A stretch of 64,000 nucleotides of DNA from Nemertoderma westbladi (lineage: Eukaryota > Animalia > Xenacoelomorpha), in the NCBI GenBank assembly GCA_032718475.1, contig JAUCBJ010007224.1, positions 1-64,000 of the forward strand, in the 5' to 3' direction. Positions 34,072 through 47,600 of this stretch are shown piece by piece. Every line of letters begins with the position of its first letter. The stretch's first letter is position 1. Under the pieces are notes generated by a model. It was not told the origin of the DNA. It was given only the letters and a program-made list of their open reading frames with translations, and did no database searches. Made by a program: the position numbers and the translations under genes.

Positions 34072-35689
34072 GGTGGTTCAACATGAAAAATAAATATAAA
34101 AATCAATTTTTTTATTATTATCGATTCTAAACCACAATTTAATGGAGATTCCGAATATATAAGTTATATTCAATGAATGTCACTCTGTCAAAAGTTATGA
34201 CGTCTTTTGTGAAAGTTGTCCGAACACACCCGCCCCTAATAAAAGTCACCGCCAAGTCTATTTTTTGCTTCATAATAATTTCGTTGCGAAAGAGACAAAT
34301 CTATGTTATTTTCTACACTTTACAAAGTAGAGGGAAATTCAAAGTTGAATTTACAGTCTTTCTTATACATCTGGTAGGCCTATTGCAGCACACTGCGGAT
34401 TTAGGTTGCTTGAGTTACTTTGAACTCGGCTGGTATGCTGCTATACAGTAGGTGTATTAATTTATAATTGTATATGGTGCGCCTAATACCAAGAGAATGC
34501 CTCGCAGTACAAGCACGTACAAACATCATAAATTTCTCAGTAATCAACATGTGAAGAAGCTGGATGACAAACCCGTTGGTAAGTAGGCCTAAGTAAAAGT
34601 AGGTAGATGTCCGGTTTGATAATCATTGAAGGTACAATAGGGCTGCTCTTGATCAAGTTGGTTTGTGAATAACATTGTAATTTGTCTGTATTAGTGGATT
34701 TATGACTTTTTCTTCTAAGATAACAGCCTTATTATTATTATTATTGTCATATCCACCAGTAGTTGGATATGACAATAATAATTTGTCCCAAAATACCACA
34801 AAAACCCCAAAAACACCAAAAAAATAGATGGCCTCAACCTCAATATAAGCTATCATACGGGTTATGCTTAGGTAACAGTTTTAGCATATGTTATATTATT
34901 TACATATTTACAAGCAAGTACTACTTATTGTAATGAGTATTGCCACTTTTTATAGATGTTCAAAGTGATGAAAGTGCACCCATCATAGCTGTACCAACAA
35001 GTAGTGCTATCAGATCAAAACTGAGGTATGTGGATCCACCCAATCCCAAAGATAAGAATACTCCACCATCAACCTTCCATATCATTGATCTGTCCATACT
35101 CAATAAAGCACTAGGTAAATCTGCAATTTGCAAAACTTGCAAACGGAAGGATAGTATTTCTGTCCACACTGTTCCTTCACCTACCAGTAGTGGATTCTGT
35201 GAGACCTTTGAACTTAGATGTAGAAATTGCTATCCTCATAGAATTGCCCCTGAGTCATTTAGTTCATCTAACTATAGCCATTCACATTCAAGGTTGTTTG
35301 AGCTTAACTTGCGTATGATGTATGGATTTAGATGTGTTGGACTTGGGCTGGAGCCTGCCAAAATATTTGCAGCAGTTTCGGGCATACCTCTTCCACCTTC
35401 AAATATAATATCGTATAATATGGCTATTGAAAGTGCAGTGAAGATTGAATCATTGAAGTCAATGAAAAGGGCTGCAGGTGAAGTAAAGGATGCTAATGAT
35501 GGTAGTAGTGATACAGGTGCATCTTTTGACGGGTCGTGGCAAAGGCGAGGATACAGTTCTCTCAATGGGTTTGTTTCTTGTATAAGTATGGACACAGGGA
35601 AGGTCTTGGATGTTGAAATATTGTCGAAGTTCTGTCGAACCTGTTCTAGGGAAGATAACCCTCTACCACACAAATGTACCAGCAGTTAT
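34072..35689 (+). mobile_element. Kolobok-type DNA transposon, left end plus truncated transposase
   Basis: TTAA (34068-34071) followed by GGTGGTTCAAC; transposase motifs downstream; no right end found in the window. Confidence 0.7.
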
Positions 35690-35692
35690 TAG
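34497..35692 (+). pseudogene. spliced Kolobok-type transposase (often annotated 'Mutator-like'), truncated by the satellite
   Basis: Exon 1 34497-34578 (MPRS..HKFLSNQH); GTAAGT...TTTTATAG intron 34579-34955 joining in frame (phase 1); exon 2 with CKTC..CRNC, FELNLR, SMKRA, FDGSWQRRGYSSLNG, TGKVLDVEILSKFCRTC..HKC. The stop codon is supplied by the first satellite unit. Confidence 0.85.
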
Positions 35693-38600
35693 AGAGTTGA
35701 TATGAGGGTCCGTGGTTATTAGAGAGTTGATATGGGTGGGGTTCCGCGGCTATTAGAGAGTTGATATGGGTGGGGGTCCGTGGTTATTAGAGAGTTGATA
35801 TGGGGGTCCGCGGTTATTAGAGAGTTGATATGGGGGTTCGCGGTTATTAGAGAGTTGATATGGGGGTCCGTGGTTATTAGAGAGTTTATATGGGTGGGGG
35901 TCCGCGGTTATTAGAGAGTTGATATGGCGGTCCGCGGTTATTAGAGAGTTTATATGGGTGGGGGTCCGCGGTTATTAGAGAGTTGATATGGGGGTCCGTG
36001 GTTATTAGAGAGTTTATATGGGTGGGGGTCCGCGGTTATTAGAGAGTTGATATGGGGGTCCGCGGTTATTAGAGAGTTGATATGGGGCAGTCCGCGGTTA
36101 TTATAGAGTTGATATGGGTGGGGGTCCGCTGTTATTAGAGAGTTGATATGGGTGGGGGTCCCCTGTTATTAGAGAGTTGATATGGGGGTCCGCGGTTATT
36201 AGAGAGTTGATATGGGTGGGGGTCCGTGGTTATTAGAGAGTTGATATGGGTGGGGGTCCGCGGTTATTAGAGAGTTGATATGGGTGGGGGTCCGCTGTTA
36301 TTAGAGAGTTGATATGGGGGTCCGTGGTTATTAGAGAGTTGATATGGGTGGGGGTCCGCTGTTATTAGAGAGTTGATATGGGGGTCCGTGGTTATTAGAG
36401 AGTTGATATGGGTGGGGGTCCGCTGTTATTAGAGAGTTGATATGGGGTTCCGTGGTTATTAGAGAGTTGATATGGGTGGGGGTCCGCTGTTATTAGAGAG
36501 TTGATATGGGGGTCCGTGGTTATTAGAGAGTTGATATGGGTGGGGGTCCGCTGTTATTAGAGAGTTGATATGGGGGTCCGCGGTTATTAGAGAGTTGATA
36601 TGGGGGTCCGTGGTTATTAGAGAGTTGATATGGGTGGGGGTCCGCTGTTATTAGAGAGTTGATATGGGGGTCCGTGGTTATTAGAGAGTTGATATGGGTG
36701 GGGGTCCGCGGTTATTAGAGAGTTGATATGGGTGGGGGTCCGCGGTTATTAGAGAGTTGATATGGGGGTCCGCGGTTATTAGAGAGTTGATATGGGGGTC
36801 CGCTGTTATTAGAGAGTTGATATGGGGGTCCGTGGTTATTAGAGAGTTGATATGGGGGTCCTCGGTTATTAGAGAGTTGATATGGGGGTCCGTGGTTATT
36901 AGAGAGTTTATATGGGTGGGGGTCCGCGGTTATTAGAGAGTTGATATGGGGGTCCGTGGTTATTAGAGAGTTGATATGGGTGGGGGTCCGCGGTTATTAG
37001 AGAGTTGATATGGGGGTCCGTGGTTATTAGAGAGTTGATATGGGTGGGGGTCCGCTGTTATTAGAGAGTTGATATGGGGGTCCGCGGTTATTAGAGAGTT
37101 GATATGGGGGTCCGTGGTTATTAGAGAGTTGATATGGGTGGGGGTCCGCTGTTATTAGAGAGTTGATATGGGGGTCCGTGGTTATTAGAGAGTTGATATG
37201 GGTGGGGGTCCGCGGTTATTAGAGAGTTGATATGGGTGGGGGTCCGCGGTTATTAGAGAGTTGATATGGGGGTCCGCGGTTATTAGAGAGTTGATATGGG
37301 GGTCCGCTGTTATTAGAGAGTTGATATGGGGGTCCGTGGTTATTAGAGAGTTGATATGGGGGTCCGCGGTTATTAGAGAGTTGATATGGGGGTCCGTGGT
37401 TATTAGAGAGTTGATATGGGGGTCCGTGGTTATTAGAGAGTTGATATGGGTGGGGGTCCGCTGTTATTAGAGAGTTGATATGGGGGTCCGTGGTTATTAG
37501 AGAGTTGATATGGGTGGGGGTCCGCGGTTATTAGAGAGTTGATATGGGTGGGGGTCCGCGGTTATTAGAGAGTTGATATGGGGGTCCGCGGTTATTAGAG
37601 AGTTGATATGGGGGTCCGCTGTTATTAGAGAGTTGATATGGGGGTCCGTGGTTATTAGAGAGTTGATATGGGGGTCCTCGGTTATTAGAGAGTTGATATG
37701 GGGGTCCGTGGTTATTAGAGAGTTGATATGGGGGTCCGTGGTTATTAGAGAGTTGATATGGGTGGGGGTCCGCTGTTATTAGAGAGTTGATATGGGGGTC
37801 CGTGGTTATTAGAGAGTTGATATGGGTGGGGGTCCGCGGTTATTAGAGAGTTGATATGGGTGGGGGTCCGCGGTTATTAGAGAGTTGATATGGGGGTCCG
37901 CGGTTATTAGAGAGTTGATATGGGGGTCCGCGGTTATTAGAGAGTTGATATGGGGTGGAGGTCCGCGGTTATTAGAGAGTTGATATGGGGGTCCGCGGTT
38001 ATTAGAGAGTTGATATGGGTGGGGGTCCGCGGTTATTAGAGAGTTGATATGGGGGTCCGCGGTTATTAGAGAGTTGATATGGGTTGGGGTCCGCGGTTAT
38101 TAGAGAGTTGATATGGGGTCCGCTGTTATTAGAGAATTGATATGGGTGTCCGCGGTTATTAGAGAGTTTATATGGGTGGGGGTCCGCGGTTATTAGAGAG
38201 TTGATATGGGGGTCCGCGGTTATTAGAGAGTTGATATGGGTGGGGGTCCGCGGTTATTAGAGAGTTGATATGGGTGGGGGTCCGCGGTTATTAGAGAGTT
38301 GATATGGGAGTCCGCGGTTATTAGAGAGTTGATATGGGGGTCCGCGGTTATTAGAGAGTTTATATGGGTGGGGGTCCGCGGTTATTAGAGAGTTGATATG
38401 GGGGTCCGCGGTTATTAGAGAGTTGATATGGGGGTCCGTGGTTATTAGAGAGTTGATATGGGTGGGGTTCCGCGGTTATTAGAGAGTTGATATGGGTGGG
38501 GGTCCGCTGTTATTAGAGAGTTGATATGGGTGTCCGCGGTTATTAGAGAGTTGATATGGGTGGGGGTCCGCGGTTATTAGAGAGTTGATATGGGGGTCCG

Positions 38601-41600
38601 CGGTTATTAGAGAGTTGATATGGGGGTCCGTGGTTATTAGAGAGTTGATATGGGTGGGGTTCCTCGGTTATTAGAGATTGGATATGGGTGGGGGTCCGCT
38701 GTTATTAGAGAGTTGATATGGGTGGGGGTCCGCGGTTATTAGAGAGTTGATATGGGTTGGGGTCCGCGGTTATTAGAGAGTTGATATGGGGGTTCGCGGT
38801 TATTAGAGAGTTTATATGGGGGTCCGCGGTTATTAGAGAGTTGAATGGGTGGGGGTCCGCGGTTATTAGAGAGTTGATATGGGGGTCCGTGGTTATAAGA
38901 GAGTTGATATGGGGGTCCGCGGTTATTAGAGAGTTGATATCGGGGTCCGTGGTTATTAGAGAGTTGATATGGGGGTCCGCGCTTATTAGAGAGTTGATAT
39001 GGGGGTCCGCGGTTATTAGAGAGTTGAATGGGTGAGGGTCCGCTGTTATTAGAGAGTGGATATGGGTGGGGGTCCGCTGTTATTAGAAAGTTGATATGGG
39101 TGTCCGCGGTTATTAGAGAGTTTATATGGGTGGGGGTCCGCGGTTATTAGAGAGTTGATATGGGGGTCCGCGGTTATTAGAGAGTTGATATGGGGGTCGG
39201 CGGTTATTAGAGAGTTGAATGGGTGGGGGTCCGCGGTTATTAGAGAGTTGATATGGGGGTCCGTGGTTATAAGAGAGTTGATATGGGGGTCCGCGGTTAT
39301 TAGAGAGTTGATATGGGGGTCCGCGGTTATTAGAGAGTTGATATGGGGGTCCGCGGTTATTAGAGAGTTGATATGGGTGGGGGTCCGCGGTTATTAGAGA
39401 GTTGATATGGGGGTCCGTGGTTATTAGAGAGTTGATATGGGTGGGGGTCCGCGGTTATTAGAGAGTTGATATGGGTTGGGGTCCGCGGTTATTAGAGAGT
39501 TGATATGGGGGTCCGCGGTTATTAGAGAGTTGATATGGGGGTCCGCGGTTATTAGAGAGTTGATATGGGGGTCCGTGGTTATTAGAGAGTTGATATGGGT
39601 GGGGGTCCGCGGTTATTAGAGAGTTGATATGGGGGTCCGTGGTTATTAGAGAGTTGATATGGGTGGGGGTCCGCGGTTATTAGAGAGTTGATATGGGGGT
39701 GCGTAGTTATTAGAGAGTTGATATGGGTGGGGGTCCGCGGTTATTAGAGAGTTGATATGGGTTGGGGTCCGCGGTTATTAGAGAGTTGATATGGGGGTCC
39801 GCGGTTATTAGAGAGTTGATATGGGGGTCCGCGGTTATTAGAGAGTTGATATGGGTGGGGGTCCGCGGTTATTAGAGAGTTGATATGGGGGTCGGCGGTT
39901 ATTAGAGAGTTGATATGGGTTGTGGTCCGCGGTTATTAGAGAGTTGATATGGGGGTCCGCGGTTATTAGAGAGTTGATATAGGGGTCCGCGGTTATTAGA
40001 TAGTTGATATGGGGGTCCGCGGTTATTAGAGAGTTGATATGGGTGGGGGTCCGCGGTTATTAGAGAGTTGATATGGGTGTCCGTGGTTATTAGAGAGTTG
40101 ATATGGGTGGGGGTCCGCGGTTATTAGAGAGTTGATATGGGGGTCCGTGGTTATTAGAGAGTTGATATGGGTGGGGGTCCGCGGTTATTAGAGAGTTGAT
40201 ATGGGTGGGGTCCGCGGTTATTAGAGAGTTGATATGGGTGGGGGTCCGCGGTTATTAGAGAGTTGATATGGGGGTCCGCGGTTATTAGAGAGTTGATATG
40301 GGTTGGGGTCCGCGGTTATTAGAGAGTTGATATGGGGGTCCGCGGTTATTAGAGAGTTGATATGGGGTCCGCTGTTATTAGAGATTGATATGGGTGTCCG
40401 CGGTTATTAGAGAGTTGATATGGGTGGGGGTCCGCGGTTATTAGAGAGTTGATATGGGGGTCCGCGGTTATTAGAGAGTTGATATGGGTGGGGGTCCGCG
40501 GTTATTAGAGAGTTGATATGGGGGTCCGTGGTTATTAGAGAGTTGATATGGGTGTGGGGTCCGCGGTTATTAGAGAGTTGATATGGGTGGGGGTCCGCGG
40601 TTATTAGAGAGTTGATATGGGGGTCCGCGGTTATTAGAGAGTTTATATGGGTGGGGGTCCGCGGTTATTAGAGAGTTGATATGGGTGGGGGTCCGCGGTT
40701 ATTAGAGAGTTGATATGGGGGTCCGCGGTTATTAGAGAGTTGATATGGGTGGGGTCCGCGGTTATTAGAGAGTTGATATGGGGGTCCGTGGTTATTAGAG
40801 AGTTGATATGGGGTCCGCTGTTATTAGAGAGTTGATATGGGGGTCCGCGGTTATTAGAGAGTTGATATGGGTGGGGGTCCGCGGTTATTAGAGAGTTGAT
40901 ATGGGGGTCCGCGGTTATTAGAGAGTTGATATGGGTGGGGGTCCGCGGTTATTAGAGAGTTGATATGGGGGTCCGTGGTTATTAGAGAGTTGATATGGGT
41001 GAGGGGTCCGCGGTTATTAGAGAGTTGATATGGGTGGGGGTCCGCGGTTATTAGAGAGTTGATATGGGGGTCCGCGGTTATTAGAGAGTTTATATGGTGG
41101 GGGTCCGCGGTTATTAGAGAGTTGATATGGGGGTCCGCGGTTATTAGAGAGTTGATATGGGGGTCCGCGGTTATTAGAGAGTTGATATGGGTGGGGGTCC
41201 GCGGTTATTAGAGAGTTGATATGGGGGTCCGTGGTTATTAGAGAGTTGATATGGGGTCCGCTGTTATTAGAGAGTTGATATGGGTTGGGGTCCGCGGTTA
41301 TTAGAGAGTTGATATGGGGGTCCGTGGTTATTAGAGAGTTGATATGGGGGTCCGCTGTTATTAGAGAGTTGATATGGGGGTCCGCGGTTATTAGAGAGTT
41401 TATATGGGTGGGGGTCCGCGGTTATTAGAGAGTTGATATGGGGGTCCGCGGTTATTAGAGAGTTGATATGGGTGGGGGTCCGCGGTTATTAGAGAGTTGA
41501 TATGGGTGGGGGTCCGCGGTTATTAGAGAGTTGATATGGGGGTCCGCGGTTATTAGAGAGTTGATATGGGTGGGGTCCGCGGTTATTAGAGAGTTGATAT

Positions 41601-44600
41601 GGGTTGGGGTCCGCGGTTATTAGAGAGTTGATATGGGGGTCCGTGGTTATTAGAGAGTTGATATGGGGTCCGCTGTTATTAGAGAGTTGATATGGGTGTC
41701 CGCGGTTATTAGAGAGTTTATATGGGTGGGGGTCCGCGGTTATTAGAGAGTTGATATGGGGGTCCGTGGTTATTAGAGAGTTGATATGGGGTCCGCTGTT
41801 ATTAGAGATGTGGGGTCCGCGGTTATTAGAGAGTTGATATGGGGGTCCGCGGTTATTAGAGAGTTGATATGGGGGTCCGCGGTTATTAGAGAGTTGATAT
41901 GGGTGGGGGTCCGCGGTTATTAGAGAGTTGATATGGGGGTCCGTGGTTATTAGAGAGTTGATATGGGGTCCGCTGTTATTAGAGATTGATATGGGTGTCC
42001 GCGGTTATTAGAGAGTTGATATGGGTGGGGGTCCGCGGTTATTAGAGAGTTGATATGGGGGTCCGCGGTTATTAGAGAGTTGATATGGGTGGGGGTCCGC
42101 GGTTATTAGAGAGTTGATATGGGTGGGGGTCCGCGGTTATTAGAGAGTTGATATGGGGGTCCGCGGTTATTAGAGAGTTGATATGGGGGTCCGCGGTTAT
42201 TAGAGAGTTGATATGGGTTGGGGTCCGCGGTTATTAGAGAGTTGATATGGGGGTCCGCGGTTATTAGAGAGTTGATATGGGGGTCCGTGGTTATTAGAGA
42301 GTTGATATGGGGGTCCGTCGGTTATTAGAGAGTTGATATGGGTGGGGGTCCGCTGTTATTAGAGAGTTGATATGGGTGGGGGTCCGCGGTTATTAGAGAG
42401 TTGATATGGGTGGGTGTCCGCGGTTATTAGAGAGTTGATATGGGTTGGGGTCCGCGGTTATTAGAGAGTTGATATGGGGGTCCGCGGTTATTAGAGAGTT
42501 GATATGGGGGTCCGCGGTTATTAGAGAGTTGAATGGGTGGGGGTCCGCGGTTATTAGAGAGTTGATATGGGGGTCCGTGGTTATTAGAGAGTTGATATGG
42601 GGGTCCGCGGTTATTAGAGAGTTGATATGGGGTCCGTGGTTATTAGAGAGTTGATATGGGGGTCCGCGCTTATTAGAGAGTTGATATGGGGGTCCGCGGT
42701 TATTAGAGAGTTGATATGGGTGGGGTCCGCTGTTATTAGAGAGTTGATATGGGTGGGGGTCCGCTGTTATTAGAAGTTGATATGGGTGTCCGCGGTTATT
42801 AGAGAGTTTATATGGGTGGGGGTCCGCGGTTATTAGAGAGTTGATATGGGGGTCCGCGGTTATTAGAGAGTTGATATGGGGGTCGGCGGTTATTAGAGAG
42901 TTGAATGGGTGGGGTCCGCGGTTATTAGAGAGTTGATATGGGGGTCCGTGGTTATAAGAGAGTTGATATGGGGGTCCGCGGTTATTAGAGAGTTGATATG
43001 GGGGTCCGTGGTTATTAGAGAGTTGATATGGGGGTCCGTGGTTATTAGAGAGTTGATATGGGTGGGGGTCCGCTGTTATTAGAGAGTTGATATGGGGGTC
43101 CGTGGTTATTAGAGAGTTGATATGGGTGGGGGTCCGCTGTTATTAGAGAGTTTATATGGGTGGGGGTCCGCGGTTATTAGAGAGTTGATATAGGTGGGGG
43201 TCGCGGTTATTAGAGAGTTGATATGGGGGTCCGCGGTTATTAGAGAGTTGATATGGGGGTCGGCGGTTATTAGAGAGTTGAATGGGTGAGGGTCCGCTGT
43301 TATTAGAGAGTTGATATGGGGATCCGTGGTTATTAGATAGTTGATATGGGTGGGGTTCCTCGGTTATTAGAGAGTTGATATGGGGGTCCGTGGTTATTAG
43401 AGAGTTGAATGGGTGAGGGTCCGCTGTTATTAGAGAGTTGATATGGGGGTCCGTGGTTATTAGAGAGTTGATATGGGTGGGGGTCCGCGGTTATTAGAGA
43501 GTTGATATGGGGGTCCGCGGTTATTAGAGAGTTGATATGGGTGGGGGTCCGCGGTTATTAGAGAGTTGATATGGGGGTCGGCGGTTATTAGAGAGTTGAT
43601 ATGGGTGGGGGTCCGCGGTTACTAGAGAGTTGATATGGGGGTCCGTAGTTATTAGAGAGTTGATATGGGTGGGGGTCCGCGGTTATTAGAGAGTTGATAT
43701 GGGTTGGGGTCCGCGGTTATTAGAGAGTTGATATGGGGGTCCGCGGTTATTAGAGAGTTGATATGGGGGTCCGCGGTTATTAGAGAGTTGATATGGGGGT
43801 CCGTGGTTATTAGAGAGTTGATATGGGTGGGGGTCCGCGGTTATTAGAGAGTTGATATGGGGGTCCGTGGTTATTAGAGAGTTGATATGGGTGGGGGTCC
43901 GCGGTTATTAGAGAGTTGATATGGGGGTCCGTGGTTATTAGAGAGTTGATATGGGTGGGGGTCCGCGGTTATTAGAGAGTTGATATGGGTTGGGGTCCGC
44001 GGTTATTAGAGAGTTGATATGGGGGTCCGCGGTTATTAGAGAGTTGATATGGGGTCCGCGGTTATTAGAGAGTTGATATGGGTGGGGGTCCGCGGTTATT
44101 AGAGAGTTGATATGGGGGTCCGCGGTTATTAGAGAGTTGATATGGGTTGGGGTCCGCGGTTATTAGAGAGTTGATATGGGGGTCCGCGGTTATTAGAGAG
44201 TTGATATGGGGGTCGGCGGTTATTAGAGAGTTGATATGGGTTGGGGTCCGCGGTTATTAGAGAGTTGATATGGGGGTCCGCTGTTATTAGAGAGTTGATA
44301 TGGGGGTCCGTGGTTATTAGAGAGTTGAATGGGTGAGGGTCCGCTGTTATTAGAGAGTTGATATGGGGGTCCGTGGTTATTAGAGAGTTGATATGGGGGT
44401 CCGTGGTTATTAGAGAGTTGATATGGGGGTCCGCGGTTATTAGAGAGTTGATATGGGGGTCCGCGGTTATTAGAGAGTTGATATGGGGGTCCGCGGTTAT
44501 TAGAGAGTTGAATGGGTGAGGGTCCGCTGTTATTAGAGAGTTGATATGGGGGTCCGTGGTTATTAGAGAGTTTATATGGGTGGGGGTCCGCGGTTATTAG

Positions 44601-47600
44601 AGAGTTGATATAGGTGGGGGTCCGCGGTTATTAGAGAGTTGATATGGGGGTCCGCGGTTATTAGAGAGTTGATATGGGGGTCCGCGGTTATTAGAGAGTT
44701 GAATGGGTGAGGGTCCGCTGTTATTAGAGAGTTGATATGGGGGTCCGTGGTTATTAGAGAGTTGATTGGATGGGGGTCCGCTGTTATTAGAGAGTTGATA
44801 TGGGGGTCCGCGGTTATTAGAGAGTTGATATGGGGGTCCGCGGTTATTAGAGAGTTGATATGGGTGGGGGTCCGCGGTTATTAGAGAGTTGATATGGGTG
44901 GGGGTCCGTGGTTATTAGAGAGTTTATATGGGTGGGGGTCCGCGGTTATTAGAGAGTTGATATGGGGGTCCGCGGTTATTAGAGAGTTGATATGGGTGGG
45001 GGTCCGCGGTTATTAGAGAGTTGATATGGGGGTCCGCGGTTATTAGAGAGTTGATATGGGTGGGGGTCCGCGGTTATTAGAGAGTTGATATGGGGGTCCG
45101 CGGTTATTAGAGAGTTGATATGGGTGGGGGTCCGCGGTTATTAGAGAGTTGATATGGGTTGGGGTCCGCGGTTATTAGAGAGTTGATATGGGGGTCCGCG
45201 GTTATTAGAGAGTTGATATGGGTGGGGGTCCGCTGTTATTAGAGAGTTGATATGGGTGGGGGTCCGCGGTTATTAGAGAGTTGATATGGGGGTCCGCGGT
45301 TATTAGAGAGTTGAATGGGTGAGGGTCCGCTGTTATTAGAGAGTTGATATGGGGGTCCGTGGTTATTAGAGAGTTGATATGGGGGTCCGCGGTTATTAGA
45401 GAGTTGATATGGGTGGGGGTCCGCGGTTATTAGAGAGTTGATATGGGGGTCCGCGGTTATTAGAGAGTTGAATGGGTGAGGGTCCGCTGTTATTAGAGAG
45501 TTGATATGGGGGTCCGTGGTTATTAGAGAGTTGATATGGGTGGGGTCCGCGGTTATTAGAGAGTTGATATGGGTGGGGGTCCGCGGTTATTAGAGAGTTG
45601 ATATGGGGGTCCGTGGTTATTAGAGAGTTGATATGGGGGTCCGCGGTTATTAGAGAGTTGATATGGGTGGGGGTCCGCGGTTATTAGAGAGTTGATATGG
45701 GTTGGGGTCCGCGGTTATTAGAGAGTTGATATGGGGGTCCGCGGTTATTAGAGAGTTGAATGGGTAGGGTCCGCTGTTATTAGAGAGTTGATATGGGGGT
45801 CCGTGGTTATTAGAGAGTTGATATGGGTGGGGGTCCGCGGTTATTAGAGAGTTGATATGGGTTGGGGTCCGCGGTTATTAGAGAGTTGATATGGGGGTCC
45901 GCGGTTATTAGAGAGTTGATATGGGTGGGGTCCGCGGTTATTAGAGAGTTGATATGGGGGTCCGCGGTTATTAGAGAGTTGATATGGGTGGGGTCCGCTG
46001 TTATTAGAGAGTTGATATGGGGGGGTCCGCGGTTATTAGAGAGTTGATATGGGGGTCCGCGGTTATTAGAGAGTTGATATGGGTGGGGTCCGCGGTTATT
46101 AGAGAGTTGATATGGGGGTCCGTGGTTATTAGAGAGTTGATATGGGTGGGGGTCCGCGGTTATTAGAGAGTTGATATGGGTGGGGTCCGCGGTTATTAGA
46201 GAGTTGATATGGGGGTCCGTGGTTATTAGAGAGTTGATATGGGGGTCCGCGGTTATTAGAGAGTTGATATGGGTGGGGGTCCGCGGTTATTAGAGAGTTG
46301 ATATGGGTTGGGGTCCGCGGTTATTAGAGAGTTGATATGGGGGTCCGCGGTTATTAGAGAGTTGAATGGGTAAGGGTCCGCTGTTATTAGAGAGTTGATA
46401 TGGGGGTCCGTGGTTATTAGAGAGTTGATATGGGTGGGGGTCCGCGGTTATTAGAGAGTTGATATGGGTGGGGTCCGCGGTTATTAGAGAGTTGTATATG
46501 GGTTGGGGGTCCGCGGTTATTAGAGAGTTGATATGGGGGTCCGTGGTTATTAGAGAGTTGATATGGGTGGGGGTCTGCGGTTATTAGAGAGTTGATATGG
46601 GGGTCCGCGGTTATTAGAGAGTTTATATGGGTGGGGGTCCGCGGTTATTAGAGAGTTGATATGGGTTGGGGTCCGCGGTTATTAGAGAGTTGATATGGGG
46701 GTCCGCGGTTATTAGAGAGTTGATATGGGTGGGGGTCCGCGGTTATTAGAGAGTTGATATGGGGGTCCGTGGTTATTAGAGAGTTGATATGGGTGGGGGT
46801 CCGCGGTTATTAGAGAGTTGATATGGGTGGGGGTCCGCGGTTATTAGAGAGTTGATATGGGTTGGGGTCCGCGGTTATTAGAGAGTTGATATGGGGGTCG
46901 GCGGTTATTAGAGAGTTGAATGGGTGAGGGTCCGCTGTTATTAGAGAGTTGATATGGGGGTCCGTGGTTATTAGATAGTTGATATGGGTGGGGGTCCGCG
47001 GTTATTAGAGAGTTGATATGGGGGTCCGTGGTTATTAGAGAGTTTATATGGGTGGGGGTCCGCGGTTATTAGAGAGTTGATATGGGGGTCCGTGGTTATT
47101 AGAGAGTTGATATGGGTGGGGGTCCGCGGTTATTAGAGAGTTGATATGGGGGTCCGTGGTTATTAGAGAGTTTATATGGGTGGGGGTCCGCGGTTATTAG
47201 AGAGTTGATATGGGGGTCCGCGGTTATTAGAGAGTTGATATGGGGGTCCGCGGATATTAGAGATTTGATATGGGTGGGGTTCCTCGGTTATTAGAGAGTT
47301 GATATCGGGGTCCGTGGTTATTAGAGAGTTGAATGGGTGAGGGTCCGCTGTTATTAGAGAGTTGATATGGGGGTCCGTGGTTATTAGAGAGTTTATATGG
47401 GTGGGGGTCCGCGGTTATTAGAGAGTTGATATGGGGGTCCGTGGTTATTAGAGAGTTGAATGGGTGAGGGTCCGCTGTTATTAGAGAGTGGATATGGGTG
47501 GGGGTCCGCTGTTATTAGAGAGTTGATATGGGGGGCCTGCGGTTATTAGAGAGTTGATATGGGTGGGGGTCCGCTGTTATTAGAGAGTTGATATGGGGGT

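Noticed and set aside
40200-46500. Region of single-base indel variants in the satellite
   Set aside because: Mostly G-run length changes, typical of sequencing or consensus error; cannot be treated as biological.
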